Below are positions 31,237 to 40,926 of a stretch of 64,000 nucleotides of DNA, piece by piece. The number at the start of each line of letters is the position of its first letter. Position 1 is the stretch's first letter. Location: contig JBAXBE010000005.1 in assembly GCA_037142155.1 (NCBI GenBank), positions 6,171-70,170 of the forward strand. Direction: 5' to 3'. The notes under the pieces were generated by a model that saw only the letters and a list, made by a program, of their open reading frames with translations, had not been told where the DNA came from and did no database searches. The stretch is from Chlorobiaceae bacterium. Lineage in GTDB: Bacteria > Bacteroidota > Chlorobiia > Chlorobiales > Chlorobiaceae. Position numbers and translations under genes: made by a program.

Positions 31237-31758
31237 TTAATGTTCGTTATTGTCGGGCTTTTCGAAACGAGCCAGGTATGCGGCTCCGATAAGGGCTGCA
31301 AGCAGCAGGATGGAAGCCATTTCAAAAGGAAGCACGTAGCGTGACATGGTCTCAAAGCCGATGCGCTGGACGATGCTGCCCTGAAGCATGGTTGCGGAAG
31401 GCATCCAGGCGTGAGTGGTATAAAAGGTGAAGAGCAGCGCTCCGATGACAGCAAGGAGCAGGAGCGTTCCGGGTACGATATTGATGATGTCGCTCTTCGG
31501 CTTCGCCTGCATGATGCTGTTGGTGAACATGACACCGAAGAGAATGAGCACAAGGATGCCGCCGACATAGACCACGACCTGGGTGACGGCGATAAAATCG
31601 GCACTGAGAAAGACATAGAGTGCTGCAGCACCGAAGAAGGTGAAGAGCAGCGAAAATGCGGAGTAGATAACGTTCTTTGAAAAAACGACGAACCCGGCCG
31701 AACAGACCGTGATAGCCGCGAAAAGATAGAAAATGACCGTATAGGTTAGGTTACTCAT
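31237..31758 (-). CDS. nuoJ: NADH-quinone oxidoreductase subunit J
   Basis: 173-aa membrane protein in operon order between nuoI and nuoK. Confidence 0.85.
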   Translation of the reverse strand: MSNLTYTVIFYLFAAITVCSAGFVVFSKNVIYSAFSLLFTFFGAAALYVFLSADFIAVTQVVVYVGGILVLILFGVMFTNSIMQAKPKSDIINIVPGTLLLLAVIGALLFTFYTTHAWMPSATMLQGSIVQRIGFETMSRYVLPFEMASILLLAALIGAAYLARFEKPDNNEH

Positions 31759-31785
31759 GGTGTTGGCGCACGTTAATTGGTTCGC

Positions 31786-32409
31786 TTATTCTGTGCCGTT
31801 ATTTTCGGCCTTTGCGGCTTCAGCTGCCTTTGCTTCCTTCTCAGCCTGAGCCTTTGCTGCTGCCTCTGCAACCTTGCGGCGCTTGGCCTCAGCCTCCATC
31901 GTGGTAAGGTTTCCGAAATGGTAGATCAGCCCGTTGCGGTCGAACTGTGAAAAGTCGGCGACCGGAGAGTGCACGAGGCACTCAGTCGGGCAGACGTTTG
32001 TGCAGAGGCCGCAGGTCATGCATTTGGCTGTGTCGACATCGAAAACGGGAACCCAGAACTTCTTCTGCTGACCGTCACCGGTCTTGCCGCAAACCTCGAA
32101 ATCATCCGCTGTGACCTTGATAGTCTCCATGGTGATGCAGCTTATCGGGCACACTCTTACACACTGGCCACAGCCGATGCAGTCATCAATATTATTGTAG
32201 AGGCGGTAACGGCCTGCTTTCGGGGTGGGGATCACCTCACTCGGGTACTGAAGCGTGCACAGCCCGTCGACCTGACGGAAGTAGTCGACATCATCGATGC
32301 CGGCATCTCCCTTGCGATGCAGTGCATTGAAAAAATGCTTCAGGGTGATTCCCATACCGGTTGCAATCGTGACTGCGCCGGTCTTAATATTGCTGAAATA
32401 CTCGCTCAT
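31786..32409 (-). CDS. nuoI: NADH-quinone oxidoreductase subunit I (2x[4Fe-4S] ferredoxin) with a Lys/Ala-rich C-terminal tail
   Basis: CIGCGQCVRVCP and CMTCGLCTNVCP motifs. The tail reads EAEAKRRKVAEAAAKAQAEKEAKAAEAAKAENNGTE. Confidence 0.92.
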   Translation of the reverse strand: MSEYFSNIKTGAVTIATGMGITLKHFFNALHRKGDAGIDDVDYFRQVDGLCTLQYPSEVIPTPKAGRYRLYNNIDDCIGCGQCVRVCPISCITMETIKVTADDFEVCGKTGDGQQKKFWVPVFDVDTAKCMTCGLCTNVCPTECLVHSPVADFSQFDRNGLIYHFGNLTTMEAEAKRRKVAEAAAKAQAEKEAKAAEAAKAENNGTE

Positions 32410-32453
32410 AATCTGTTAGGCATTACTTACCCGGAATTGACTGTTGAACTCTC

Positions 32454-33572
32454 TCAAGGGACATATATTTCCCATATCGCTGTCAGCACAAAGCTCACAA
32501 AGGCGAACGGCGTCAGGACTTTCCAGCAGAGGTACATCAGCTGGTCGACCCTGAGTCTTGGGAGCGTCCAGCGAAGCCACATCTGCACAAAGATGAAGAA
32601 GAACCCCTTCATGATGAGCCACATCGCGCCCCATGCAGGCCCGCTGGTCATCTCGTTCAGGGCAAAGGAACCGATATTCGGCAGCGGCGAGTTCCAGCCG
32701 CCGAGGAAGACGATGGAGATGATTGCCGATACCATGAACATGCTGCCGTACTCGGCCAGGAAAATGACGGCGAACTTCATGCCGGAATACTCGGTGAAAT
32801 AACCGGCAACCAGCTCCGACTCAGCCTCGGGGATATCGAAGGGTGCGCGGTTAACCTCTGCAAGCGAGGCGATGAAGTAAATCAGAAACGGAAGCCAGGC
32901 GATTGGAGACTGGAAAAGATAGAAGTGTGCGAAGCCGAGAGAGCCCGACTGAAGCATGGTAATCTTCTGCATGTCGAGCGTTCCTGCCATCATGGCTCCG
33001 CAGAGAAGGGCGATAGCTGCGGGAATCTCGTAGCTGACAATCTGGGCAACGCTCCGGACGGCGCCGTAGAGCGACCACTTGTTGTTTGAACCCCAGCCTG
33101 CGGCAAGAATGCCGACAACCTCAAGGGCGACGATGCCGATGGCATAGAAAAGACCGACATTCAGGTTTGCGCCGATAAAGGCGGGACTGAAGGGCAGCAC
33201 GGCATAGGCAAGGAATGAACCGACAAAGAGGACTCCAGGTCCGATGACAAAGAGAAACTTGTCTGCGTTGGTCGGAACGATATCCTCTTTCTGAATAAGC
33301 TTCAGAATATCGGCCAGTGTCTGCAGGATGCCCCACTTGCCAACCTCCATAGGGCCGAGACGGTCCTGCATGAAGGCCGAGATCTTCCTCTCACCGTAAA
33401 CTCCGTAGGTCAAGGAGTAGAGTGCAATGAACACCAGAGGAATGGCTGCAAGAATCACCAGACCAAGAGGCAGACCCATCGGCTGGAAGGAGGCAATGGC
33501 TTGCGACCAGACATTGAGCGAGTTACCCATAAGAAACGGCATGCTAAATTGCGATAAGGCAGTTGAAGTCAT
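32454..33572 (-). CDS. nuoH: NADH-quinone oxidoreductase subunit H
   Basis: ND1-like membrane protein with [17 protein letters not shown] motif. ATGA overlap with the nuoD stop. Confidence 0.93.
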   Translation of the reverse strand: MTSTALSQFSMPFLMGNSLNVWSQAIASFQPMGLPLGLVILAAIPLVFIALYSLTYGVYGERKISAFMQDRLGPMEVGKWGILQTLADILKLIQKEDIVPTNADKFLFVIGPGVLFVGSFLAYAVLPFSPAFIGANLNVGLFYAIGIVALEVVGILAAGWGSNNKWSLYGAVRSVAQIVSYEIPAAIALLCGAMMAGTLDMQKITMLQSGSLGFAHFYLFQSPIAWLPFLIYFIASLAEVNRAPFDIPEAESELVAGYFTEYSGMKFAVIFLAEYGSMFMVSAIISIVFLGGWNSPLPNIGSFALNEMTSGPAWGAMWLIMKGFFFIFVQMWLRWTLPRLRVDQLMYLCWKVLTPFAFVSFVLTAIWEIYVP

Positions 33573-34771
33573 CTGTCAACCTCCCCGAGAACGATGTCGA
33601 TGCTGCCGATAATGGCAACCAGATCCGGGATAAGCTGGCCTCTTGAAAGATCCTTCATCGCTGAAAGATTGACAAAGCAGGAAGAACGGGCCTTGCAGCG
33701 GAGCGGCTTGGTCGATTTGCCGTCGCTCTGGATGTAGAAGCCGAGTTCGCCCCTTGGATTCTCTGCACGGCCGTAGACCTCTCCCTCTTTCGGTCTGATG
33801 CGCTTGGGAATGGCAGACTTGGGATCGAATCCTTCGGAACCGGGCATCTTGTCGATGCACTGCTCGATGATCTTGAGGCTCTCCTCTATTTCAAGGGCGC
33901 GGACAATGTGGCGTGAAAGGCAGTCGCCGATATCGGAGAAGCGGCCGTCAGGCACACAGACATTGAAATCAAGTTCAGGATAGACAGAGTAGGGATCGTT
34001 TCTGCGCAGGTCCCACTTGACGCCTGAACCGCGGAGCATCGGGCCCGACCAGCCGTAGTTGATGGCAACATCGGCCGGCATGATGCCGATACCCTTGGTG
34101 CGCTTGACGAAGATCTCGTTTTCGGTGAGCAGCCTGTAGAGCTCTCTGGCCTGTGGCCTGAAGTAGGTGACAAACTCCCTGACCCGCTTGTTGAAATCCG
34201 CAGGGACATCACGTGAAAGACCGCCGATCCAGATATAGTTATAGAGCATTCGTGCGCCGGAAGCCCACTCAAGAAGGCTGAGGATATGCTCGCGGTCACG
34301 GAAACAGAAAAGGAACGGGGTAAAGGCGCCAAGATCGATACCGTAGGTGCCGATGGCGACAAGGTGAGAGGCAATCCTGTTCAGCTCGGACACAATGACC
34401 CTGATGAACTCAACACGGCGGGGAATTTCGATGTCGAGCAGTTTTTCAACGGCAACCGAGAACGCCATTTCGCTGTTCATGCCCGACAGATAGTCCATCC
34501 GGTCGGTATAGGGAACGATTGCAGGATAGTCGACATTCTCACAATACTTCTCAAAGCACCGGTGCAGGTATCCGAGATAGGGCACCGCTTCGGTAACAAC
34601 CTCTCCATCGGTAAGACACTCGAGCTTGAGAACGCCGTGAGTCGAGGGATGCTGAGGACCCATGGCGAGAACCATCTGCTCGGTGGCAAGGTCCTTTTCA
34701 AGCACAACGACGTTGTCGCTTTTCCGGGTAACCCTGACTGAACCCAGTCCGGCTGTATCTAATTCCTGCAT
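33569..34771 (-). CDS. nuoD: NADH-quinone oxidoreductase subunit D
   Basis: [13 protein letters not shown]-terminal motif, 400 aa, 49-kDa subunit family. Confidence 0.95.
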   Translation of the reverse strand: MQELDTAGLGSVRVTRKSDNVVVLEKDLATEQMVLAMGPQHPSTHGVLKLECLTDGEVVTEAVPYLGYLHRCFEKYCENVDYPAIVPYTDRMDYLSGMNSEMAFSVAVEKLLDIEIPRRVEFIRVIVSELNRIASHLVAIGTYGIDLGAFTPFLFCFRDREHILSLLEWASGARMLYNYIWIGGLSRDVPADFNKRVREFVTYFRPQARELYRLLTENEIFVKRTKGIGIMPADVAINYGWSGPMLRGSGVKWDLRRNDPYSVYPELDFNVCVPDGRFSDIGDCLSRHIVRALEIEESLKIIEQCIDKMPGSEGFDPKSAIPKRIRPKEGEVYGRAENPRGELGFYIQSDGKSTKPLRCKARSSCFVNLSAMKDLSRGQLIPDLVAIIGSIDIVLGEVDR

Positions 34772-34801
34772 ACTTGAGCTGCTTTTACTATTTAATGCCA
34801 G

Positions 34802-35320
34802 TTAATAGGGCACCTTGATTCCGTGATAGGTCTCCTGAACCTGATAATCCTTGCGGAGCGGGAACCCTTCCCAGTCTTCGGGGCAGAGGATTCTTCTCAT
34901 GTCGGGATGGCCGGTAAAGAGCATGCCGAACATATCGTAAGCCTCGCGCTCATGCCAGTTTGCCGTATGCCAGACGCAGGAAACCGTCGGAATAGATCCG
35001 CCGTTGCGCGCACACTTGACCTTGACCGTCAGTTTGTGACCAAGCTCACCGAGAGACTCGAGATTGCAGACAATGCCGAGCTTCTCCTCCGCCGGGTAAT
35101 CAACACCTGAAAGACAGGCCATGTAGTTGAACTTCAGCTTCGCATTGTCACGCAGAAAAAGGGCGATCTCCTGCCAGCGTGAAAGGTCAAGAACCTCGAA
35201 AAAGGGCATAGTCTCATTGGCGTCAAACGCCGAAACGGCGTCGCCAAACGCTTCCTTTATGACCGCATATGCCGCAGCGCTCTGCTCTGCCGACTGCGAA
35301 TGAACCTTTCCTTCTTCCAT
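34802..35320 (-). CDS. nuoC: NADH-quinone oxidoreductase subunit C
   Basis: 30-kDa subunit family with EREAYDMFGMLFTGHPD motif. Confidence 0.93.
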   Translation of the reverse strand: MEEGKVHSQSAEQSAAAYAVIKEAFGDAVSAFDANETMPFFEVLDLSRWQEIALFLRDNAKLKFNYMACLSGVDYPAEEKLGIVCNLESLGELGHKLTVKVKCARNGGSIPTVSCVWHTANWHEREAYDMFGMLFTGHPDMRRILCPEDWEGFPLRKDYQVQETYHGIKVPY

Positions 35321-35349
35321 CTGAATTAAGTGGCTATTGTTGGTTATGC

Positions 35350-35913
35350 TCAGACCGCCTTGCGTTCCTGCTCGATAATGACTCTGGGATCGACACTTTT
35401 TTCAGCCAGTTTCTTGAGTGCGTCGGCTCTTGAAAGACCAATCTGCTCCATACGGATAAGCTCCTGAATCTTCATAAGGCCGCCGATAAGCGCCTCAGGC
35501 CTCGGAGGACAGCCCGGCACATAGACATCGACCGGAATGATGCGATCAACACCCTTCAGGACGTGGTAGCCGTGCTCCCAGTAAGGACCGCCGCAGTTGG
35601 AACAGCTTCCCATGGAAAGAACGTAACGGGGTTCGGGCATCTGTTCGTAGAGGCGGACGACTCGTTCAGCCATTTTCATGGTGACGGTGCCGGCAACAAT
35701 CATGAGATCTGACTGACGGGGGGAGGAGCGGGGGAAAATACCGAAACGCTCGAGGTCGTAGTTGGAAGCGTTGGTGGCCATCATCTCGATAGCGCAACAG
35801 GCAAGACCGAAACCCATAGGCCAGATCGACGACAGACGAGCCCAGTTGAGCACATTGTCAACCGAAGTGACCAGCACGTTATGCTTTGTTATCCCCGCAT
35901 CAAGTAAACCCAT
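35350..35913 (-). CDS. nuoB: NADH-quinone oxidoreductase subunit B
   Basis: N2 cluster ligands [20 protein letters not shown] and PGCPPRPE. Confidence 0.95.
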   Translation of the reverse strand: MGLLDAGITKHNVLVTSVDNVLNWARLSSIWPMGFGLACCAIEMMATNASNYDLERFGIFPRSSPRQSDLMIVAGTVTMKMAERVVRLYEQMPEPRYVLSMGSCSNCGGPYWEHGYHVLKGVDRIIPVDVYVPGCPPRPEALIGGLMKIQELIRMEQIGLSRADALKKLAEKSVDPRVIIEQERKAV

Positions 35914-35941
35914 AGCCTTCTAAAAATAAGGTGAATAGTAT

Positions 35942-36373
35942 TTAATCCGCGATAGAGGCCTTCTTTGCAACAGGCATTTCAGGCATGGTCGGAATATTCG
36001 GAACTGGCCTTACCCAGTCCAGGTCACCCTTGACCCATGCATAGACGAGACCGAGCACAAGAATGCCGGCAAAGACGAGCGCCTCCAGAAGGGCAAACTC
36101 ACCAAGCTGCTTGAACACGGTGGCCCAGGGGAAGAGAAAGACAACCTCGACGTCGAAAATGATGAAAATCAGAGCGACAACGTAGAACCTGATATTGAAG
36201 CGGACCCATGCGCTGCCTATAGCCTCCTCACCGCACTCGTAGGTCGAGTTCTTGGCAGGGTTCGGCCGCTGGGGACGAAGCAGGCGGGCAGTAAGAAAAC
36301 CTCCGGCAACGAAAACTACGCCAAGGAGAAGAAAAGCGAAAACGTTGCCAAAATCACTCAGCGTCTGATCCAT
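35942..36373 (-). CDS. nuoA: NADH-quinone oxidoreductase subunit A
   Basis: ND3-like protein with YECGEE motif. The ATG at 36373 is preferred over the track's TTG at 36382. Confidence 0.9.
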   Translation of the reverse strand: MDQTLSDFGNVFAFLLLGVVFVAGGFLTARLLRPQRPNPAKNSTYECGEEAIGSAWVRFNIRFYVVALIFIIFDVEVVFLFPWATVFKQLGEFALLEALVFAGILVLGLVYAWVKGDLDWVRPVPNIPTMPEMPVAKKASIAD

Positions 36374-36583
36374 GGAATACAATTTGAATTAGCCCCGATT
36401 CTATTGAAAGATATGGGAGATCCGGCAAGTAACATCTATTCCGGAGCGCAAATATAAAAAATATTTCTTTTTGAGCCAGAGAAAAAACCGGTTTTCAGTC
36501 GTTCCGGTGCTGATTTGGGGAAAAGATTCTCGCAGAGGGAAAAGTTAACAATTGTTTCATCAACCCCATAACATTGTCAGGCA

Positions 36584-36862
36584 TCACTGGCGGATATCAT
36601 GAAATTTCTCGCCAATCCGCACAAAAAACCTTAACAACAGAACTATTGCCGGAATAACACCTGCCAGAATAATGGCCTGGGTCACCACCCAGGATCCGGT
36701 CAGGGAGAAGATCGGCCTCTCGAGAAGTGAGGAAATGGTCATCCAGATTATCGGGCTCCATACAATGCCGAGCATGACGGGAAGACCGCTCTTCATGAAC
36801 CGCTTGCGGCTCTCTTTGTCAGGAAATAGTTTCATGGTCATCATAAAAGAAAAGGGTTCCAA
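36584..36862 (-). CDS. Small two-helix membrane protein (hypothetical)
   Basis: Two hydrophobic segments. It overlaps the 3' end of the TPR gene. The start is uncertain (TTG at 36862, ATGs at 36844, 36841 and 36835). Confidence 0.4.
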   Translation of the reverse strand: MEPFSFMMTMKLFPDKESRKRFMKSGLPVMLGIVWSPIIWMTISSLLERPIFSLTGSWVVTQAIILAGVIPAIVLLLRFFVRIGEKFHDIRQ

Positions 36863-37439
36863 TCTGGCGGGCCATATCGCGGTCGAGCGTTTTCAGCAGT
36901 TCATACTCCTGCTTCAGTCCCTTCATATCCCCCCGGGCAACGTAGTACATGGCCATCTTGCAGTGGGGCTCCGCGCCGTCCGGGTCAATCTCAAGCGCTT
37001 TCAGAAAGGCCTCCCTCGCCTTGTCATGCTCGCTCAGGTCCATATAGGCATCTCCCAGGATGCACCAGGCGTCGGCATATGCCGGGTCAATCTCAAGCGC
37101 GCGCTGGAGGGTCTTCAGGGCGGCCTCCTCCTTGCCGAGCGTCAGCTGCACAAAGCCGAGATGCTTGTATGCCTCCAGCCTTACCGGGTCGAGCGCAATG
37201 GTACGCAACAGATCACACCCGGCCTTCCTGAAGTTGCTCATCGAAAGATTTGCCACTGCCCTCGCATAAAAAGCTGACGAATCGCGCCGCCTCGACTCCA
37301 GACACCGGTCGAGAAGCTCCAGCGCCTCACTGTTGCGCTGAAGGTCAAGATAGGCAAGCGCCAGCTCATACTGCCGGTCCGGATTATCTGGCTCCTGGCG
37401 AAGCTTCTCCTCCAGCTTGGCGGAATCTCTGTAAATCAT
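36819..37439 (-). CDS. Tetratricopeptide repeat protein
   Basis: Several TPR units (ALELDPxxxEAY..LG, ALEIDPAYADAWCILGDAY, ALEIDPDGAEPH). ATGA overlap with the upstream gene's stop. Confidence 0.8.
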   Translation of the reverse strand: MIYRDSAKLEEKLRQEPDNPDRQYELALAYLDLQRNSEALELLDRCLESRRRDSSAFYARAVANLSMSNFRKAGCDLLRTIALDPVRLEAYKHLGFVQLTLGKEEAALKTLQRALEIDPAYADAWCILGDAYMDLSEHDKAREAFLKALEIDPDGAEPHCKMAMYYVARGDMKGLKQEYELLKTLDRDMARQIGTLFFYDDHETIS

Positions 37440-38485
37440 GATTTCAGTTCAAGAGGTTCAAGGGCGTTCTGAAGATTTTCGAGAAGCTGGAGCTCATGAA
37501 GAACCTTTTCGGAGAGCCACTTGCCGAATGCGGGATCATTGTTGATGCAGCGGACATACTGTGATACCGGAAATCCTGCACTGAGAAGCTTCCCGCGGGC
37601 ATCAAGCTCGGTCTCGCTGTTGTCGGCAAAAAATCCGTAAGGGAACATCACCACCGCATCATACCCTTCACGCCTGAACTCCTCGAAAGCCTTTTCAATG
37701 GTGTCGGAAGTCCACTCCCCCCCTCTGGAATGATTCATGCACCCCTGTCGCACATCGGCGAAGATGTTGGCGGGCTCGGCCAGGATCTGGCGCTTCATCA
37801 CCTCAAAAAACGCGTTGGTCTCTTCAAGCCCGGTAAAGACCGTCGGGGGATTGCCGTTTCGGTCCTTGACCAGAGTGCCATGGATAACGAGCACAAGACC
37901 GATCTTCCCACCCTTTCTGGCGCGAACGGAATCGGAAAGCTGACTGAAAAGATAGTCGATATAAAGGCGATGAAGCTGTTCGTCCTTCCAGAGCTTGCTC
38001 ATCACCCTGACAACGCCGAAGGAGCCCTCACCGCAGGACTCCATCACCATACGGCAGGCAATTCCGCATGAAAACGCGGATTCGACCGGAAACATCGGCA
38101 CCACAACAATCCCGTCATAGCGGGAGCGAAGCTGCTGGAGGGTATCATCAAGATAGGGCGGCACAAAATAATAGCTGTCAAACACATCCACGTCGGCTCT
38201 TGACAGAACGGGGCTCCCGGCAGCAGCGATGCACCCGCGAAGCCGTTCTGTCTGGGCCCGGTTTATGGATATCAACGAAGAGGCATATCCGTTACGCTTC
38301 CAGTTCAGGTAGTGCTTGGTCGAGCGGTAGTCGGCAATGAAATAGATCAAGATAGTAGGAATCCTGCTGATCTGGCTGGTAACAACCCTCAGGATCCTGC
38401 GCGAACTCGGCCACAGGCGCCTGATGGTAACCTTGTCGACCTCACCGTAGGTCGTGACAATAACTGCATACTTCTTTTTGCTCAC
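37436..38485 (-). CDS. Divergent ferrochelatase-family (class II chelatase) protein
   Basis: Collinear by eye with B. subtilis HemH: (M)SKKKYAVIVTTYGE vs MSRKKMGLLVMAYGT, LVLVIHGTL vs LIVSAHSLP (His kept), VMFPYGFFADNSETELD vs VYVPVGFVADHLEVLYD (Glu kept). The GTG at 38485 is chosen because it forms a GTGA overlap with the upstream stop; the track start is a GTG at 38497. Confidence 0.55.
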   Translation of the reverse strand: MSKKKYAVIVTTYGEVDKVTIRRLWPSSRRILRVVTSQISRIPTILIYFIADYRSTKHYLNWKRNGYASSLISINRAQTERLRGCIAAAGSPVLSRADVDVFDSYYFVPPYLDDTLQQLRSRYDGIVVVPMFPVESAFSCGIACRMVMESCGEGSFGVVRVMSKLWKDEQLHRLYIDYLFSQLSDSVRARKGGKIGLVLVIHGTLVKDRNGNPPTVFTGLEETNAFFEVMKRQILAEPANIFADVRQGCMNHSRGGEWTSDTIEKAFEEFRREGYDAVVMFPYGFFADNSETELDARGKLLSAGFPVSQYVRCINNDPAFGKWLSEKVLHELQLLENLQNALEPLELKS

Positions 38486-39075
38486 AGCGCCGTCCACCAG
38501 GTCAGCTCCAGAAACATCACCGAAAACCCGACAAGGCTTCCGACAAACGTCTGCATGAAGTTATGCGCCTTCAGGTAGATTCGCGACCACATGAGCAGCG
38601 GCAGGACGAGCAGCATCCACAGGGCGTCACGGCCAAACTGCATGAAAAGCAGGGCCACCGATGATGCGAAGGTGAAGAGATGGATACTGATCTTCCACTG
38701 GAGGGTGATAAGAAGGATAAAAACGGTATTAACGGCATTGAAAAGCAGGATTCCCGACATAAGGCGCGGTGCATGAAGCTGCTGCATAAACTCATAGCCG
38801 AGGACATTGACGGCGACAAGTACCAGCAGGGGAAGAAAACGCTGTTCGCGGAAGGTGATATTGTAGTCGGAGACCTTCCCGATCTTTTTCAGACCATAGA
38901 TCAGAAGCATTGGCGCAATCGTGCTTGAAAAGAAGAGAAAAAAGAGGTAGGAGTGCCGGTTGAGGTCACCACCATAGCCGAGAAGCACAATAGCGGCATA
39001 GGCTGCCGGCGCCACAACAATTGGACTGACAACCCATGAAATGACGTTTGCAAACCGCTGTAGATCAAACTTCAT
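38482..39075 (-). CDS. Polytopic membrane protein, weakly PAP2 (acid phosphatase/lipid phosphatase)-like
   Basis: Six hydrophobic segments. Has KISIH and WSRIYLKAHNFMQ, resembling the PAP2 C2/C3 motifs (SGH, SRxxxxxHxxxD) but with Q in place of D. Confidence 0.4.
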   Translation of the reverse strand: MKFDLQRFANVISWVVSPIVVAPAAYAAIVLLGYGGDLNRHSYLFFLFFSSTIAPMLLIYGLKKIGKVSDYNITFREQRFLPLLVLVAVNVLGYEFMQQLHAPRLMSGILLFNAVNTVFILLITLQWKISIHLFTFASSVALLFMQFGRDALWMLLVLPLLMWSRIYLKAHNFMQTFVGSLVGFSVMFLELTWWTAL

Positions 39076-39151
39076 GAGCGCACTGTTTCCAATAGACGGG
39101 GGTGAAGAATTCCTGGGCCTAAAGCCTTATAACTATGCTCAAAGATAGTTT

Positions 39152-39180
39152 TTATTAAAATAAAAAAAACCGCGTATATT
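39152..39180 (+). promoter_or_regulatory. Candidate sigma-70-type promoter for the tRNA-Leu pair
   Basis: TTATTA-17 nt-TATATT, ending 15 nt before the first tRNA. The region is AT-rich, so this is weak evidence only. Confidence 0.3.
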
Positions 39181-39194
39181 CGTACTCTCATACT

Positions 39195-39276
39195 GCGAGA
39201 GTGGTGAAATTGGTATACACGCTAGTCTTAGGAACTAGTGCCGTGAGGCGTAAGGGTTCGAGTCCCTTCTCTCGCA
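39195..39276 (+). tRNA. tRNA-Leu (anticodon UAG)
   Basis: Folds by hand. Acceptor GCGAGAG/CTCTCGC, anticodon stem CTAGT/ACTAG with loop CTTAGGA, long variable arm, T-arm AAGGG-TTCGAGT-CCCTT. CCA is not encoded. Confidence 0.9.
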
Positions 39277-39291
39277 CGCCTCTGTGAGCAG

Positions 39292-39378
39292 GCCAAAGTG
39301 GCGGAACTGGTAGACGCGCTGGACTCAAAATCCAGTGGGTGCAAACTCGTGTGGGTTCGAGTCCCACCTTTGGTACCA
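39292..39378 (+). tRNA. tRNA-Leu (anticodon CAA)
   Basis: Acceptor GCCAAAG/CTTTGGT (G-U at 1:72), anticodon stem CTGGA/TCCAG with loop CTCAAAA, long variable arm, T-arm GTGGG-TTCGAGT-CCCAC. 3' CCA is encoded. Confidence 0.9.
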
Positions 39379-39417
39379 AGGGTCAAGAAGCAATTTTCAG
39401 GGAGCAGCCTCTGCATT

Positions 39418-39936
39418 ATGGATAGAATGTACTCACCCTGGCGTGAAGTCTACATGCAGTCCTTCAAGGATGACAAACCCGCCGGAAAGGGCGGCAAGTC
39501 AGTCTTTGCCGATATTGCGCCCGAAGAAGACGAAAAGCGCTTTGTCCTTCATCGGGCAAAGAAATGCTTCATCATCATGAACCTCTACCCCTACAACTGC
39601 GGGCACCTGATGGTGATACCCTATCAGCAGACCCCCAGTTTTTCAGATCTTGACAGCGAGACCAAGCTCGAGATCATGGAGCTCACCGACCTTTCCATCA
39701 AAGCACTGGAGCTCACCCTGAGACCTCAGGGAGTCAACTTCGGAGCAAACCTTGGCAGGGTTGCCGGCGGAAGCGTCGACAGCCACATCCACTTCCACAT
39801 CGTCCCGCGCTGGGAGGGCGACACCAACTTCATGCCGGTGCTTGCCGATGCAAAAGTGCTCAGCAACGACATGCGCTCCACCTACGCAAGCCTGAAAAAA
39901 GCGTTTGCCCGGCTCACCGGAAAGGCCGAAGAGTAG
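39418..39936 (+). CDS. HIT (histidine triad) family nucleotide hydrolase/transferase
   Basis: HIHFHIVPRW histidine triad. The start was trimmed to the ATG at 39418, because the track ORF N-terminus reads through the tRNA. Confidence 0.85.
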   Translation: MDRMYSPWREVYMQSFKDDKPAGKGGKSVFADIAPEEDEKRFVLHRAKKCFIIMNLYPYNCGHLMVIPYQQTPSFSDLDSETKLEIMELTDLSIKALELTLRPQGVNFGANLGRVAGGSVDSHIHFHIVPRWEGDTNFMPVLADAKVLSNDMRSTYASLKKAFARLTGKAEE

Positions 39937-39948
39937 CCCCTTCCCCCG

Positions 39949-40887
39949 ATGGAAACCGCCTCCTGCCCCATAACCGGCTCCAAGGAATCTGTGCCATTTC
40001 TGCAGGTTCCCGACCGTTTCGATCGGTCGGGTGTCGTACAATGGAAGCTCGTCCAGTCAACCGCTTCCGGGCTCATCATGCTCAACCCCAGACCTGAGAA
40101 GAGCGAAGCACCTGGGCACTACCGCAGCGCATCCTATGACCCATACCTGGAGAGCGGACAAGGGGGAACTGCCCGCCAGAGGCTTTATCTTGCCGCAAGG
40201 AAGCTTCTTCTGGGATACCGGGCATCGCTTGTTCTGAGCGGGAGCGCCCGGGCCGACAGAAAGCTCTCCATTCTTGAAATAGGGTGCTCAACCGGCGACC
40301 TGCTCAACCATCTCCACAAGAGGAGGGGCATCCCTGCCGGTCAGCTTGCAGGAATTGAGCCCGACGGCCAAGCTGCGGCATACGCACGAAACTCTTGCCG
40401 AATAACCGTCTGCAGCTCCGTCGGAGAGTCAAAAGCAATAACCGGTCCGTTCGACCGCATTGTCCTGTGGCATGCGCTCGAACATATCCAGGACCTCCAT
40501 GAAACCATTGTCTTTGCGGCTGAACGGCTGAAAAAGGATGGCGAGCTGGTCGTGGCACTGCCGAACCCCGCAAGTGCTGATGCGGCGCACTACCGTGAGA
40601 ACTGGATTGCCTGGGACGCGCCGCGCCACCTCTGGCATTTCACGCCGGACACCCTCGAAAAGCTCCTTGAAAGGCATGGGCTCTCTATTTGGAAGAGACT
40701 CCCCTACCTCCCCGATGCCCTCTACAACACCCTTCACAGCGAAAAGCTTCGCTCCCGGAGAGAGAACCGGCCGTTCACGGTGTTGTCGATAGGGAGATCC
40801 CTCTTGAAAGCGGCAGCATTCGCACTCAAAAGAGCAGCTGATCCGTCGAAAGCCTCAACGCTGGTTTATTGGGCCAGAAAAGCATAA
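39949..40887 (+). CDS. Class I SAM-dependent methyltransferase
   Basis: SAM-binding motif I ILEIGCSTGDL and a downstream acidic loop. Substrate unknown. Confidence 0.7.
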   Translation: METASCPITGSKESVPFLQVPDRFDRSGVVQWKLVQSTASGLIMLNPRPEKSEAPGHYRSASYDPYLESGQGGTARQRLYLAARKLLLGYRASLVLSGSARADRKLSILEIGCSTGDLLNHLHKRRGIPAGQLAGIEPDGQAAAYARNSCRITVCSSVGESKAITGPFDRIVLWHALEHIQDLHETIVFAAERLKKDGELVVALPNPASADAAHYRENWIAWDAPRHLWHFTPDTLEKLLERHGLSIWKRLPYLPDALYNTLHSEKLRSRRENRPFTVLSIGRSLLKAAAFALKRAADPSKASTLVYWARKA

Positions 40888-40926
40888 ATCACTGGAAGCC
40901 TCTCTTCTCTTCGCGAACACACTCCC

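Noticed and set aside
39195-39378. The tRNA-Leu pair as an integration hotspot for a genomic island.
   Set aside because: No integrase, no direct repeat of a tRNA 3' end and no foreign-looking genes follow. The downstream genes are an ordinary HIT protein and a methyltransferase.
39298-39417. The N-terminal 40 codons of track ORF 39298..39936.
   Set aside because: This part is a translation of tRNA-Leu(CAA). The HIT protein starts at the ATG at 39418.
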